64,000 bases of DNA from an uncultured Methanosarcinaceae archaeon (GCA_963763235.1 CAVXNY010000007.1:4828-68827); one strand, 5' to 3'; positions 1 through 10,852 are shown, counted from the first letter of the stretch. The notes: generated by a model from the sequence alone, not told the origin. Made by a program: numbers and translations.

Positions 1-1350
1 ACTAAAGTAGAAAAAACCGGCATTGTTTTTTTCCCTGCTTTCGATTGGGCTATTTCTCCAACTCATCCTGAAAGAGAAGAGCGTCTCCTTTATACCAGGG
101 ATCAGATTTTCGAAGAAGGAATTATGGACCTTCTTGAAGTAGCCGAATATAAACCTCGACTTGCAGATTACAGAGATATTGCAAGGGTTCATATCTGTGT
201 TCCTGATATAAAGACCCAGGCTACAATCCCTCACCTGATAGCTGCAGGTAGTTGCCTGGTTCTTGCAGACGCTCTGATGACAGGAGAGATAAAAAATGCT
301 TTTGCCCTTGTCCGCCCGCCTGGTCATCATGCAATGACAATAGTGCATGGGAACCGGGGTTTTTGTAATATCAATAACGAAGCTATTTTGGTCGAATACC
401 TGAGAAAAAAATATGGGATCCGTAGAATTGCAATAGTAGATACCGACGTTCACCACGGAGATGGAACACAGGATATATTTTATAACGATCCGGATGTGCT
501 TTTTATCTCCTTTCACCAGGATGGAAGGACACTTTATCCTGGATCAGGTTTCATAAATGAACTGGGTGGCCCACAGGCTCTTGGAAAAACAATCAATATT
601 CCTTTGCCTCCTGCAACTCCAGATGAAGGTATCCTCTACGTACTTGATGCCCTTGTACTGCCAATACTTGACGATTTCAAGCCAGAAATTGTACTTAATT
701 CTGCAGGACAGGACAATCATTATACAGACCCTCTAGCAAATATGCGCTTTTCTGCACAGGGATATGCAAAGTTGAACGAAAAACTTGCCCCTGACATAGC
801 GGTGCTTGAAGGAGGCTATGCAATCCAGAGTGCATTGCCATATGTGAACACCGGCATAATCCTTGCCATGGCAGGACTTGACTACTCCTGTGTCAAAGAA
901 CCTGACTACAAGCCAGGAATGTTCGTCCAGGCTGCCAGGGACAGACAGGTACTGGAGGAAATCGTTGCAACCCAGCTCAAAAACTTTAAAAATAGGGACA
1001 GGCTTGTGGAGGCAGAGATAGCAAAACATGGGGATTTTTACCGCCGAAAAAAAAAGATATTCTATGACACGGATATGATTCAGGAATTGCAGGAAGAAAC
1101 AATTAGGATGTGCCCCAACTGCCAGGGCTATATAACAATCGATTCCCACGCCCATAAGAGCATAAAAGATATCAGGATTTTCGGAATTTCTGTTCCAATC
1201 TATGCCTGTGACAGTTGCCAAGCTGAAGCCAGGGAAGAGTATAGGAAAAGGATAAGTTATCCGGAATACGAGTACGTTTGCCTCCAGGATAAAAAAGGAG
1301 ATGAATATAGAGCATATAATATGAAAACAAAGCAGGAAACAGTCTACTGA
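1..1350 (+). CDS. Histone deacetylase/acetylpolyamine amidohydrolase family protein with C-terminal Cys4 (CPNC...CDSC) region; 5' end is outside the window
   Basis: Frame is open from position 1 (TKVEKTGIVFFPAFDWAISPTHPEREERL). HDAC motifs RPPGHHA, GFC, DTDVHHGDGTQ, SAGQD, LEGGY. Confidence 0.92.
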   Translation, partial: TKVEKTGIVFFPAFDWAISPTHPEREERLLYTRDQIFEEGIMDLLEVAEYKPRLADYRDIARVHICVPDIKTQATIPHLIAAGSCLVLADALMTGEIKNAFALVRPPGHHAMTIVHGNRGFCNINNEAILVEYLRKKYGIRRIAIVDTDVHHGDGTQDIFYNDPDVLFISFHQDGRTLYPGSGFINELGGPQALGKTINIPLPPATPDEGILYVLDALVLPILDDFKPEIVLNSAGQDNHYTDPLANMRFSAQGYAKLNEKLAPDIAVLEGGYAIQSALPYVNTGIILAMAGLDYSCVKEPDYKPGMFVQAARDRQVLEEIVATQLKNFKNRDRLVEAEIAKHGDFYRRKKKIFYDTDMIQELQEETIRMCPNCQGYITIDSHAHKSIKDIRIFGISVPIYACDSCQAEAREEYRKRISYPEYEYVCLQDKKGDEYRAYNMKTKQETVY

Positions 1351-1407
1351 AAAAGAAAGATTTACTAAACCGATATCATTAAAAGGAGAAAACGATATCT
1401 TAAGACA

Positions 1408-1776
1408 TTATAAATCCGAAGATTCGTCTTTTTCCATTCCACATTGCAAATTACTTATTGCTTCTTCACACTGGCACATGCTTAATGCTTCAAATATACC
1501 ATCTCCCACACTTATTCCTTTTAAAGCACATTTCTCCATCAAACAGAAGTAAATAGATTCATTCTTGCTCTTAATAAACTCACACATTTCGGCAACAAAT
1601 TCTTGTATTGGAAAGTCTTCCTTTTTGTTTGCCCAATTATCAATTGATTCAAGTAAATATTGGCGCATAGATGTACTCTTCCCACGACCTTCTAAACTCG
1701 TAAAAACACATTCATCTCTGAGTAGAACCCACTTACCAAGTTTATACTTGAACTTATCTTCACTATTGTCATTCAT
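1408..1776 (-). CDS. Hypothetical protein, paralog of 29766..30131
   Basis: Colinear similarity to the 121-aa ORF at 29.8 kb (FKYKLGKWVL..DEC.FT, SMRQYL.ESID.W, KCAL.GIS.G.GIFE.LS). Confidence 0.8.
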   Translation of the reverse strand: MNDNSEDKFKYKLGKWVLLRDECVFTSLEGRGKSTSMRQYLLESIDNWANKKEDFPIQEFVAEMCEFIKSKNESIYFCLMEKCALKGISVGDGIFEALSMCQCEEAISNLQCGMEKDESSDL

Positions 1777-2336
1777 TTTTTTCGCCTTGCAAAACTATTC
1801 ATCCACGTTGATTGAATTAATCCACAATAATTAAAAGCTTCATGATATTTAACAATTTTAGATAATTTTATAATATCCCAACTATAATCCTAATTTAGCA
1901 TTAATTTCACTGTGAGTTTAGTTGCTATCAATCAGCAAGGATAGTATATCAAAAATTCTGTGAAATATAACAGAATGAAGAGTCAATGGTTATTCTGACA
2001 AACTTTCTGTTTTTCTCATCCCTGAAGAATGATTTTATAGAGAAACCACTCATGTCTCATTTTTATCTGGAATTATAGGACAATTATGGGATATTTTTTA
2101 TTTGAATTTGAAAAATGCATATACTTTATTATAATAATTGTATCTCACGAAGTCAAAAATGTTGCTATTAGATTGGATTAGGCTCCAGCCTTATATTGAA
2201 AAAAAACGGGAGAATAAGATAAGCATCAGATCTATTCTAAAAAAACAAAATTAATCCCTTGTTGAGACATTTTGTTTCGACATTTCCGAACAATCAGTTT
2301 ACCAAGATTGATCTAATTTTCAGACAAACTCTTTAC

Positions 2337-3296
2337 TCAAAGCATCTTCACATCAAATTTAAGCTCTTTAATCATTTTCATATCATCATCAATGGTGATT
2401 CCTGAAGTTGTCAGCATATCTCCAGATATTGCGGCATTAGCACCTGAAAGAAATAGGACCCTGCCTTTATCCGCCATAAGGTTTCTACCCCCGGCTAATC
2501 GAATAGCAGCTTCGGGTAAAATAAAGCGAAAGATTGCCACTGTTTTGCGTACTTCGTTAGCTGTCAGCACAGGAAGCTTACCATAGGGTGTTTCGGGGAT
2601 TGGACTCAAAATATTTACAGGAACCGACTTAACACCTAACTCCCGAATATCCAAAGCCATATCAATGCGGTCTTCCATTGTTTCACCAAGTCCTATAATG
2701 CCACCGCTGCATACTTCAAGTCCTGCTTTTTTTGCTGCTTTTATAGTGTTCATTTTATCTTCATAAGTATGAGTTGTGCAGATGTTAGGAAAATTTCTGC
2801 GTGAAGTTTCTAAATTGTTATGATACCTTTGCACTCCTACATTTTTTAATTTAAGTAACTGTTCTAGAGATAATAAGCCGTGGGATGCACATAAAAAAAT
2901 ATCAGAATTTTTTCTGATTTCACTGTAACTGTTACAAACGCTTTCCAGTTCATCCTCAGCCAGTTTCTTCCCAGATGTTACCACAGAATATCTCAATACA
3001 CCTTTGTCAAAATTATAAATTGCATTTTTCAATAAGCTTTTACAATCCAAAAGAAGATATTCCTCTATGGAAACCTTATAATGAACTGACTGTGCACAAA
3101 ATTTGCAATTTTCCGAACACCTTCCATTTTTTCCGTTGATAATTGCACAAATGTCAAAGGCATTGCCACAGAAATGCTGACGCAACTCATTGGAAGCAGT
3201 ACTCAGTTTCTCTAAATCAGCATTAATCAATCGCATAGCTTCTTCTTTTTTAATTTGAAATCCATTTAATATTTTATTTTTTATTTTTTGTATCAC
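2337..3296 (-). CDS. bioB: Biotin synthase (radical SAM)
   Basis: [11 protein letters not shown] motif, [34 protein letters not shown] start preceded by AAGGTGG. Confidence 0.92.
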   Translation of the reverse strand: MIQKIKNKILNGFQIKKEEAMRLINADLEKLSTASNELRQHFCGNAFDICAIINGKNGRCSENCKFCAQSVHYKVSIEEYLLLDCKSLLKNAIYNFDKGVLRYSVVTSGKKLAEDELESVCNSYSEIRKNSDIFLCASHGLLSLEQLLKLKNVGVQRYHNNLETSRRNFPNICTTHTYEDKMNTIKAAKKAGLEVCSGGIIGLGETMEDRIDMALDIRELGVKSVPVNILSPIPETPYGKLPVLTANEVRKTVAIFRFILPEAAIRLAGGRNLMADKGRVLFLSGANAAISGDMLTTSGITIDDDMKMIKELKFDVKML

Positions 3297-3615
3297 AAAA
3301 CATTAACCACCTTTCATAACCCAGTTACAAAACAAATATTATATTTTTCAAATAATAGACACAAACAAATAAAAATATTTTCCACCTACCTTTTTACTTT
3401 TCATAATATCCTAAAAAGGTTGCTCCCAATTAATATGGATTTTTTTCATCAAAAATACCTTCACTTTGCTTATTGACAACACATTATTCTCTGCTGGCTA
3501 AAATAATCCTATGATTAATGTTATGGAGCTTTCTTTTTAAAGTTTTTTTAACGTTATAAATCATAGCTTTGGCTTATAGCTTACTGAGGTGAAAAATAAA
3601 ATGAGGTGAAAATAA

Positions 3616-3690
3616 ATGAAGTTTAAAAAGACAATGACGATTTTATTAGGAGCATCCTTTGTAGCTTCATTGGCATACGGCTATCTCTAA
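3616..3690 (+). pseudogene. 24-aa signal-peptide-like ORF or 5' remnant of a secreted protein
   Basis: MKFKKTMTILLGASFVASLAYGYL* preceded by a tandemly duplicated TGAGGTGAAAA RBS. Confidence 0.4.
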
Positions 3691-4003
3691 CTTTCATGCT
3701 CAATACTTAATCTATTTCATTTGTCATCGGTTAACGAATATATATGCACAAATTTGAATAACATATATATTGATTTTTCCGACTTGAATGATGACCAAGA
3801 GAATATACTGCAACAAACATAGAAAATATAATCGAGATTCCATATTTTTGGAGATATATATATTAATAAAACAATGAACAGATTTGCCGGAAAATATTTA
3901 AAAAATTCCTACGAAGAAAAAAAATCAGAGTAAATCGAGATACTTCATGCTTGTAGCATATTAAAAGCAGGGATTTCCAATGCTTTAGTGCAAAAATAAC
4001 ATA

Positions 4004-4216
4004 TCACCATGCTACCTTATATCCGAAAACCGTATCCTGGCATCCTTGACACAGCCCAGAACTCTCGAATTCCCTAATGAACACTTCGTTTCTGAATTCA
4101 TCTTCATCTACTCTCTCCGCACAGAATGGGCACCTACAGTCTTCAACAATCGCAACTTCTTGCCAAAATCCTAATTCTCTGAGAAAGCTTTTCTTTTCGA
4201 TATTCATGTCCATCAC
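4004..4216 (-). CDS. Small CPxC...CxxC zinc-finger protein
   Basis: CPFC and CQGC motifs; AGGTG RBS overlapping the first Met codons. Confidence 0.75.
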   Translation of the reverse strand: MMDMNIEKKSFLRELGFWQEVAIVEDCRCPFCAERVDEDEFRNEVFIREFESSGLCQGCQDTVFGYKVAW

Positions 4217-4750
4217 CTATACTATACAATTCCATGATAAAATATATCCTTATATAAAGCATCGTTTCCATGCCACACACAAAAAATTATATGCAAAAAC
4301 ACTGGTGGCTTCATTTTACTGGCTCAAATGCTGAATTCTCTGCGGTGTACGCATCAACATACGATTCATGCCCGCAATGCTTACATTTAATACTCTAACT
4401 CGTAATTCAAGAACCTTGCTAGCAAATTATTATAAAACAAAAGTAGTAGTAAATCCTTCCAAAATTTTATTCTTATTTTGATGGATCTTACCTGTGAATA
4501 TAATAATGTGCAATACCATTATAAATCTATTGCCTGGTTAAATCCTTGTTTTGATTGATCTTGTTCGTAAATATTTTTTCACAGAAAATCTATAGTAGTT
4601 CCGAATTTCATCACTCTCTAGAGCGTTTCGACAAAGTTCTTCATAGCCAGAGAAGTACCTCATCCCGCCGTGAGCAAACGATTATGTTCGAGCCATCTCC
4701 ACTTTGATATTTTTTAAGCTGAAACTGCATATCAAAAGGAGGAACACTTT

Positions 4751-5000
4751 ATGGAAAGTTTTGAAAGACTTGTTTATGTAAAAAATGAGCGAATCGGAAA
4801 CAAAAATGAAGGGTCAGATTATTATCTTCAGAGATGGGACAGAGAATATCTGCTAAAGTGTGGGATAAAGGCCATTGAAATTGGACTATTACCCTGAATT
4901 TTTCTGCAGCAAATTTGTTGAATTTACTTGCGAAGTTGATGAAGAGAAAAATATAGTGAAAGTAACAACTGTCAAAGAAATCTGTGTAGAGATATCCTAA
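4751..5000 (+). pseudogene. Frameshifted small hypothetical protein (~80 aa)
   Basis: Strong RBS AAAGGAGG. MESFERLVYVKNERIGNKNEGSDYYLQRWDREYLLK, then a shifted frame continues KLDYYPEFFCSKFVEFTCEVDEEKNIVKVTTVKEICVEIS*. Confidence 0.6.
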
Positions 5001-5462
5001 ATAAATAGATTATATTTGACCAGACTTTCCACAGATCTGTTCTCAAATAACATCGTTTCCTACAATCTTTTCCCATCTACATTATTATTTAAGTTTGGTA
5101 GTATCCACTAATTACAATAAAAATTAAATTTGTAGTTGTGTACAAAGCTGCAATCAAAGGAATATTTTCGAGTAATAACTCTCATTATAATGGAAATTAT
5201 TAAAAAGTAAATTGGTAATAGAATTTCTACCAGAGCAGATAAATCATTTACCAGAAAATAATAAGTTATAAATCATTACCTAGATATAGATTAGATAGCA
5301 AGAACCTTAACCATATTATATATCAAGAGCAATATCGATAAGCTTAAAACAAATTAATAATCACATATTTTGGCATATACACATGCTGCAATTTAACGCA
5401 TGACTATTAAAATCGTATCATCGGTTACTTGTATAATTCTGATTTTTTTCATTCTCAGAAGA

Positions 5463-5675
5463 TCAACAAAAGTCTTGAAATGGTCTATAAATCAACAATC
5501 GAAGTATTTTAGATACTATCTGACTAAAAAAGCCCCTAAGAGTCCTAAATAGAGCTGATTTGATATTCAGGAGGATATTTATTACTCCCACGAGTAGCTC
5601 CAGTAGCAGTACATAAAGGATTATAGGAGTAACTAAATAAATTACTGTTTTAAATATTTTATTCATATTTCCCAT
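5463..5675 (-). CDS. Small hydrophobic hypothetical protein
   Basis: 70-aa ORF with one long hydrophobic stretch; no recognisable motif. Confidence 0.3.
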   Translation of the reverse strand: MGNMNKIFKTVIYLVTPIILYVLLLELLVGVINILLNIKSALFRTLRGFFSQIVSKILRLLIYRPFQDFC

Positions 5676-5715
5676 TAATATACTAAGCTCTCATTTAACT
5701 CTCTCCATAAAAAAT

Positions 5716-5854
5716 CGACGTTCTACAGATGTACACAGAAATATAATTTATAATTATTTACCCACTATTATTCATTAAAAGTTGGATTAATTTTTTAGCT
5801 ACTGTCATATTGAGAAAATAGATGACATTCTTGTGTGCATCTGCAGAAAGTGGG
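5716..5854. mobile_element. MITE family A (~140 bp), copy 1
   Basis: Imperfect TIR TTCTACAGATGTACAC...GTGTGCATCTGCAGAA; core ATTCATTAAAAGTT.GATTAATTTTT.AGCTACTGTCATATTGAGAAAAT is shared with 5 other loci. Confidence 0.8.
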
Positions 5855-6286
5855 ATACAAAATTCTATAAACTTAGATAATGATTAAAACAACCAAAAAA
5901 ATTAGTTGCTCTGATATCTCGTTTTTACACTATAGAGATCAAAGTCAGAGCAAAGAGGATGGGATGCTTACCAAGAAATTGGTAGAAAGATGTTACCTCC
6001 TTTGAATTGACATGCTTGAAGATATACACAAAGGTTTTTCGGAATTCACCAGTTAAATGAGTTAAAAAATTTATTGGTAAATTTATAATAGTACCCCATT
6101 ATGTCTACAATTTCATCAATCTGAAGCGCTATTTCATTAAAACTTGATCTGGACATTTACTTCAGATATATGGTCAAATGTCATAATCAAATACTTTGTA
6201 TAAAGTTCATTTGGCCTGTAAAATCGACCTCATCTAACTTATTAAATTTAGAATATTCATTTAATTTACAATGTTCACTAAACATA

Positions 6287-6376
6287 GAGCATTGCGATGA
6301 ACCTCTTATTTTCACGAGTCATTTATATACCATCTATAAGCATATGATAAAATTTAGGAGTTTATCGAAATCCTCT
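6287..6376. mobile_element. MITE family B (~90 bp, IS5-like ends), copy 1
   Basis: Ends GAGCATTGCGATGAAC...GTTTATCGAAATCCTC resemble the end of the IS5 relics (GTTTATCGAAATTCTCT at ~10852 and ~14101). Confidence 0.7.
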
Positions 6377-6394
6377 ATACAATAGTTATATATT

Positions 6395-6534
6395 CGACAT
6401 TCTACAGACGTACAAGGTACATAATTTGTTTGCCTATTTGGCCACTATTAATTCATTAAAAGTTAGATTAATTTTTAAGCTACTGTCATATTGAGAAAAT
6501 GGATGGTATTCTTGTGTACATCCGCAGAAAGTAG
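6395..6534. mobile_element. MITE family A, copy 2
   Basis: Same core and TIRs as 5716..5854. Confidence 0.8.
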
Positions 6535-6613
6535 TATATATACCACAAATAGATTTTCGATCAAACGAATTTTCCTCTCACTTTCTATCCCTCTTAAAAA
6601 GGAGGTTTTCTGA

Positions 6614-7618
6614 ATTACAAAACATGTAAAAGCCTGTTCACTTGAAGATGGATATATTCAAGAAATAAGCCTTAATGACCCTTATACTGTATCTTACAAG
6701 GGCATTTATGCAGTCTGTGATGCAAAAAATGAATATGCTGAAATAATTGAGCACACCAACTGCTTCAGCGGAGCAGCTTGGTCTATCTACCATTACTCAA
6801 AAGCGCCCCTTGTCCTGAAAGCCCGTTCAACTGGGAATATGATCCGCTATTTCATGAAAATTGGAGCCTCAAAACTTGAACTCAAATCATCAGTCGGAGC
6901 TGCAGGCATCGAATCCGTTGTCGTACGGGGAAATGAAGTAGAGATCACCTATACCGGATTAGGAGGCGGAGGTGTGGGTGCAACCCGTTGCAGAGCATTT
7001 GCGGATGGAGTTCTCAGTTACAAGATTTCAGAATCCGGGGGAGAGAAATGTGCCAGAGGAACTATTGTGGTACCCCGCAGAGACCGTATCCTTATAGGTG
7101 TAGATGACACAGACTCCAAGGATGTAGGTGCTACCTGGACCCTGACTCATAACATAGCAAAAGAACTGGACTGCCAGGAAGCCGTTTATCTCTCCCATTC
7201 TCTTGTGCAGCTCTTCCCTGTCCCGGAAAGAACTCAGAATTGTATGTCTACAGTGCTTGAATTTGGTTGTGTGAACCAGAAAACAAAATTAGTGCTAATA
7301 GAATCCTTCAAAAAAGCCCTTCAGAAATATAGTGCCTCTAGCCAGACTGGAATGGTTGTTCTTTCTGATTTCTATGCAAGAGAATTATATGGATTCAGCA
7401 ATCGCTGCCGGATTGAACGGGTCTCGAAAGCTGATGCTTTGCAATGTGTCGAAGAAAACGGTGTGGAAATCCTTCTTGAAGGCAATGGAATAATAGGTGC
7501 ACTTGCCTCTTTGCCCTGGTTCGGGAAGCCTGAAGAATCTATAATTCCAGGTACTGAAATCAACCCGATGGGAATGCAAAAAATTAAAAATGGCATTCAA
7601 TTAGACAAGAACCAATAG
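6614..7618 (+). CDS. mmp11: Methanogenesis marker protein 11 (DUF1743/TiaS N-terminal-like); true start is upstream of the called 6839
   Basis: GLGGGGVGA, IGVDDTDSKDVGATW, T.NC, GIIGALA motifs. Frame stays open upstream (EISLNDPYTVSYKGIYAVCD...IIEHTNCFSGAAW) to TGA 6611; AAGGAGG RBS at 6599-6605 followed by ATT at 6614. Confidence 0.85.
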   Translation: MTKHVKACSLEDGYIQEISLNDPYTVSYKGIYAVCDAKNEYAEIIEHTNCFSGAAWSIYHYSKAPLVLKARSTGNMIRYFMKIGASKLELKSSVGAAGIESVVVRGNEVEITYTGLGGGGVGATRCRAFADGVLSYKISESGGEKCARGTIVVPRRDRILIGVDDTDSKDVGATWTLTHNIAKELDCQEAVYLSHSLVQLFPVPERTQNCMSTVLEFGCVNQKTKLVLIESFKKALQKYSASSQTGMVVLSDFYARELYGFSNRCRIERVSKADALQCVEENGVEILLEGNGIIGALASLPWFGKPEESIIPGTEINPMGMQKIKNGIQLDKNQ

Positions 7619-7813
7619 ATGATCTTGTCTGTTAGTTATTGATCAAGGATGAAAAAAAGAGTACTAGCTAGAAATTTAAGAAAATATAGAGAGAGTCTTA
7701 AGTTCATGTTTTTAGTAACTCTCAGACACGATCTTAAATAAAAACCGTAAAATAGGGATCTCATACAGAATTTAAATCCAAAATATTTTATATTCCAACA
7801 ACGAGGAATAAGC

Positions 7814-9493
7814 TTGAAAGAAAAAGCAGAAGAATGCACCGGGTTCAAAGCCCTTTACCTTGCAGCGCTTGACAGTAATGTCAGCCTGATAACAGGTGTC
7901 CCAGGGTATCCTATCAACTCCCTTATGAAGCTTTTTTTGGATAAAACCACAGAAGAGGGAGTGGTAGAATCAAGAACCGTGATTTCCAGAGCAGGTCATT
8001 CCGACAAAATGCGCAGTTCAGCTTATAATGCCAGATGGCTCACAAATGAAAAAGTTGCCTTTGAAATTGCGCTAGGAGCATCAATTTCTGGGAAAAGGGG
8101 CCTTGTTATTGTAAAGCATGTTGGAATGAACATTCTTTCGGATCCCCTTATAACCTCCGTTACGCATACCATAGGAGCTGGCCTTGTTATAATTGTAGGA
8201 GATGACCCTGGAGCTAAAGGCTCACAGAATGAACAGGACTCCCGCTGGTACGGCCGGATAGCCGAGATAGTAGTGTTTGATCCGACTGACCCAGATACTG
8301 CATACAGGGCTTTAAGAAGAGCTTACGAACTTTCGGAAGAGACGAGGACTCCGGTTATCCTTAGGGTCACTCAAAGCTTTGGAAAAAGCGAAGGAAAAAT
8401 AAAACGCCTCCCCAGATCTTCATCCATTTCCCCTGAATTCGATCGCTCTATTTGGAAAAGCCGGATGGTGGTAAAACACCAGCTATTTCACTCCATAGTC
8501 TACCCTTTACTGGAAGCTGAAGCTGAGAATACTGACTTGAATAGAACAATATTGAGGACAGAAAAAGAAACAGAATATAGTTTAGGATCGAGAAGGATAG
8601 GAATCATTTCCTCGGGTTTTACGTCTTCAATAGTGGAAAAAACACTGAAAAAACGAGATATTTACTGTGAAATTTCTCATCTGTCTCTTAACCTTGTAAA
8701 TCCACTTCCCATTAGAAAAATTGGGACATTTCTGAGAAATAATCAAATATTACTTGTAGCGGAAGAGTCCGAACCCTTCATAGAAGAACAGATTCGGATT
8801 GCAGGCAGAGTATGTGGAAAAAAAACTGGGCACCTGCCATATGGACAAGTTATGCCTGAATATATAGAATTTGCCCTTGAACATATAGATGAGGAGGAAG
8901 TTTCAAAATCTACAGATACTGCTTCTTCCAAATTGTCTACTGAAGGAAGGGTACCTATCTGCGAGAATTGCCCTTATCTGCCTCTTTATCATTTCCTCAG
9001 CACGATTAACGTGTGGATTGCGGGAGATATGGGTTGTTCTGTCCGGAGCGCACCTGAGCCACTTGCAGCAGTTGATGTTAGCTTTGCCCTGGGCTCTGCA
9101 ATCTCTGTTGCCTGTGGATTTGAGAAAAAAGGCATCGCAGTAATCGGAGATTTCGCACTGGCACACTCAGGCATCCTGGGACTCCTAAATGCTGTAACTT
9201 TTGGATGCGACATGCTTGTACTCGTACTCCAGAATGATGTTGCAGCAATGACTGGTGGTCAGGAAGCTCCTGATATAAGAAAAGTGGTAGAGACAATAAC
9301 TCCCGACGTTTCAGTCTTTAATATCGATGAAGGAAAAGTGGTGGAAAAAATAGAGACTGAAAAAGAAATTGGATATAAAATAAAAGAACAGATCCTTAAT
9401 CCCGTGCTTTCTGAACTGATTCAAACAAAACTTGCACTACCTGGGATTTCTGTAATATACTTAAAGGGAAAGTGCAGAAAATATTTATTATAG
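7814..9493 (+). CDS. Indolepyruvate:ferredoxin oxidoreductase alpha-like TPP-dependent enzyme
   Basis: GVPGYP, NEKVAFEIALGAS, KHVGMN, GDDPG...SQNEQDSR, C..CP, GDMGC, GDFALAHSG...NDVAAMTGGQ. Confidence 0.85.
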   Translation: MKEKAEECTGFKALYLAALDSNVSLITGVPGYPINSLMKLFLDKTTEEGVVESRTVISRAGHSDKMRSSAYNARWLTNEKVAFEIALGASISGKRGLVIVKHVGMNILSDPLITSVTHTIGAGLVIIVGDDPGAKGSQNEQDSRWYGRIAEIVVFDPTDPDTAYRALRRAYELSEETRTPVILRVTQSFGKSEGKIKRLPRSSSISPEFDRSIWKSRMVVKHQLFHSIVYPLLEAEAENTDLNRTILRTEKETEYSLGSRRIGIISSGFTSSIVEKTLKKRDIYCEISHLSLNLVNPLPIRKIGTFLRNNQILLVAEESEPFIEEQIRIAGRVCGKKTGHLPYGQVMPEYIEFALEHIDEEEVSKSTDTASSKLSTEGRVPICENCPYLPLYHFLSTINVWIAGDMGCSVRSAPEPLAAVDVSFALGSAISVACGFEKKGIAVIGDFALAHSGILGLLNAVTFGCDMLVLVLQNDVAAMTGGQEAPDIRKVVETITPDVSVFNIDEGKVVEKIETEKEIGYKIKEQILNPVLSELIQTKLALPGISVIYLKGKCRKYLL

Positions 9494-9637
9494 ATCCTAT
9501 TATCATATATATCCTTTAAGTTTTTTAAATCAACTGTTTATCCTGATTTTTTTCAACCAAATTGGTATGAGAGTGCATAAGGATATAGTCCTCACATAAT
9601 CTCCTAGTCATCTTTCCCTTTAATCGTGATTTCTAAT

Positions 9638-10199
9638 AATTATTTTTATACGTTCTCAACCGAGAATCTCTAAGTCTCAACAATCAGTCTCTTTTTAATT
9701 TCTCTCTTCTAATGCAGTTTTCGTCTTCGTACATTTTGTCATTTGTAGTCAGATGCCATACAATTTGGACAATTTCCCTTGCTAGAGCAATATTGTCTTT
9801 GCGTGTCCAATTGATTTCTTCTTCCGGTTAAAAAAACTCTTTTAATTTGCTATTTTTCTTTCCTGCTGCTACCTGAGTAATTTGCGTTAGAATCTACCTT
9901 GCTACTTTTGATTCTCTTTTTGTGATTATCAAGTTATAGAATTTTATCCATGGATTGGATACATTCGTAACAACTCCAAGCCAAGAAGCAAGCTTATCTA
10001 CTTAATAAAAATCCTTGAAATTGCTTGTTGCAGCAATTAGAGTTAATGCGTCAATTTTTCCAATACCTCAGACAGACATTAAAATTTCGATCTCACTTTT
10101 ATGTTTTCCATAAGCATAGTTGAAAATTTCTTTATCCAAAGCTGCGCTTTCATAATCAAGATATTTTATAAGATTCAGACATGTCTGAAACCTAGCTAA
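9638..10199 (-). mobile_element. IS110-family transposase 3' remnant (copy 1; near-identical unit at 44181..44739)
   Basis: Minus-strand fragments DKLASWLGVV, ITKRESKVAR.ILTQI.Q, KKNSKLKEFFNR, SIGHAK..IALAR, VWHLTTNDKMYEDE, with stops and frameshifts. Confidence 0.85.
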
Positions 10200-10852
10200 T
10201 GATCAGCTCATAATCCCTGGATACTATGATATGAAGTTTATATCCAAAATGTAACTTACCTCCCTTTTTTGTCCAAATTCTATCTCTGCTTCTTCTTTTT
10301 TTTGCTTTATTTTCTCAAGGTTTATACTCTTTTGCATGTCCAGAATCTTAATAGTTAAAAATAGTATCCTGAATCAGTCCCTTTTTTATTTTCAAACCAC
10401 GGTAATCAATTTGGCTTTGCAACTGTCCCATATTACTTCGTTGCAGTCATAAATTATTATTTTTCTGAATTACCAAACTTTGGTAATGTTGTTATGTATT
10501 CAGGAAAACCAAGAAATTTCTTGAAAGAAATTCTATCAATACTTTATTTCTCAAGTTAAATGTCGAAAGATCATCACATTACTGTAGAACAAGCACTTTA
10601 AAAATAACGATTACTTCAGATTTAGGTCTGCCTATTAAACTGTTTTATTTAAATATATGAACTCAAAAATGATATGAAAAGGTTCCCAATTAATTAAAGA
10701 ATCAATTTCAGTAAGTTTGTCTACAACTGACTGAAGAAGTTTGTATTATTCTTTAAGAGCAAAATTAGTAACATTTTTCATGAGGAAAAAATATTTTTAA
10801 GAGATTGAAACTCTCCAATGCTCAAATGCATGCAGGTTTATCGAAATTCTCT
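10200..10852 (-). mobile_element. IS5-family remnant (5' part), truncated by the IS110 relic
   Basis: Aligns by eye with 13450..14101; fragments LKIKKGLIQD and HFGYKLHI; terminal GTTTATCGAAATTCTCT. Confidence 0.8.

Noticed and set aside
2337-3296. PylB or HydE instead of BioB
   Set aside because: CAQS, HNNLETS and RLAGGR motifs fit BioB, and no pyl genes are adjacent.
6170-6385. Small ORFs at 6170, 16170 and 50025
   Set aside because: They run through MITE copies and are chance open frames.
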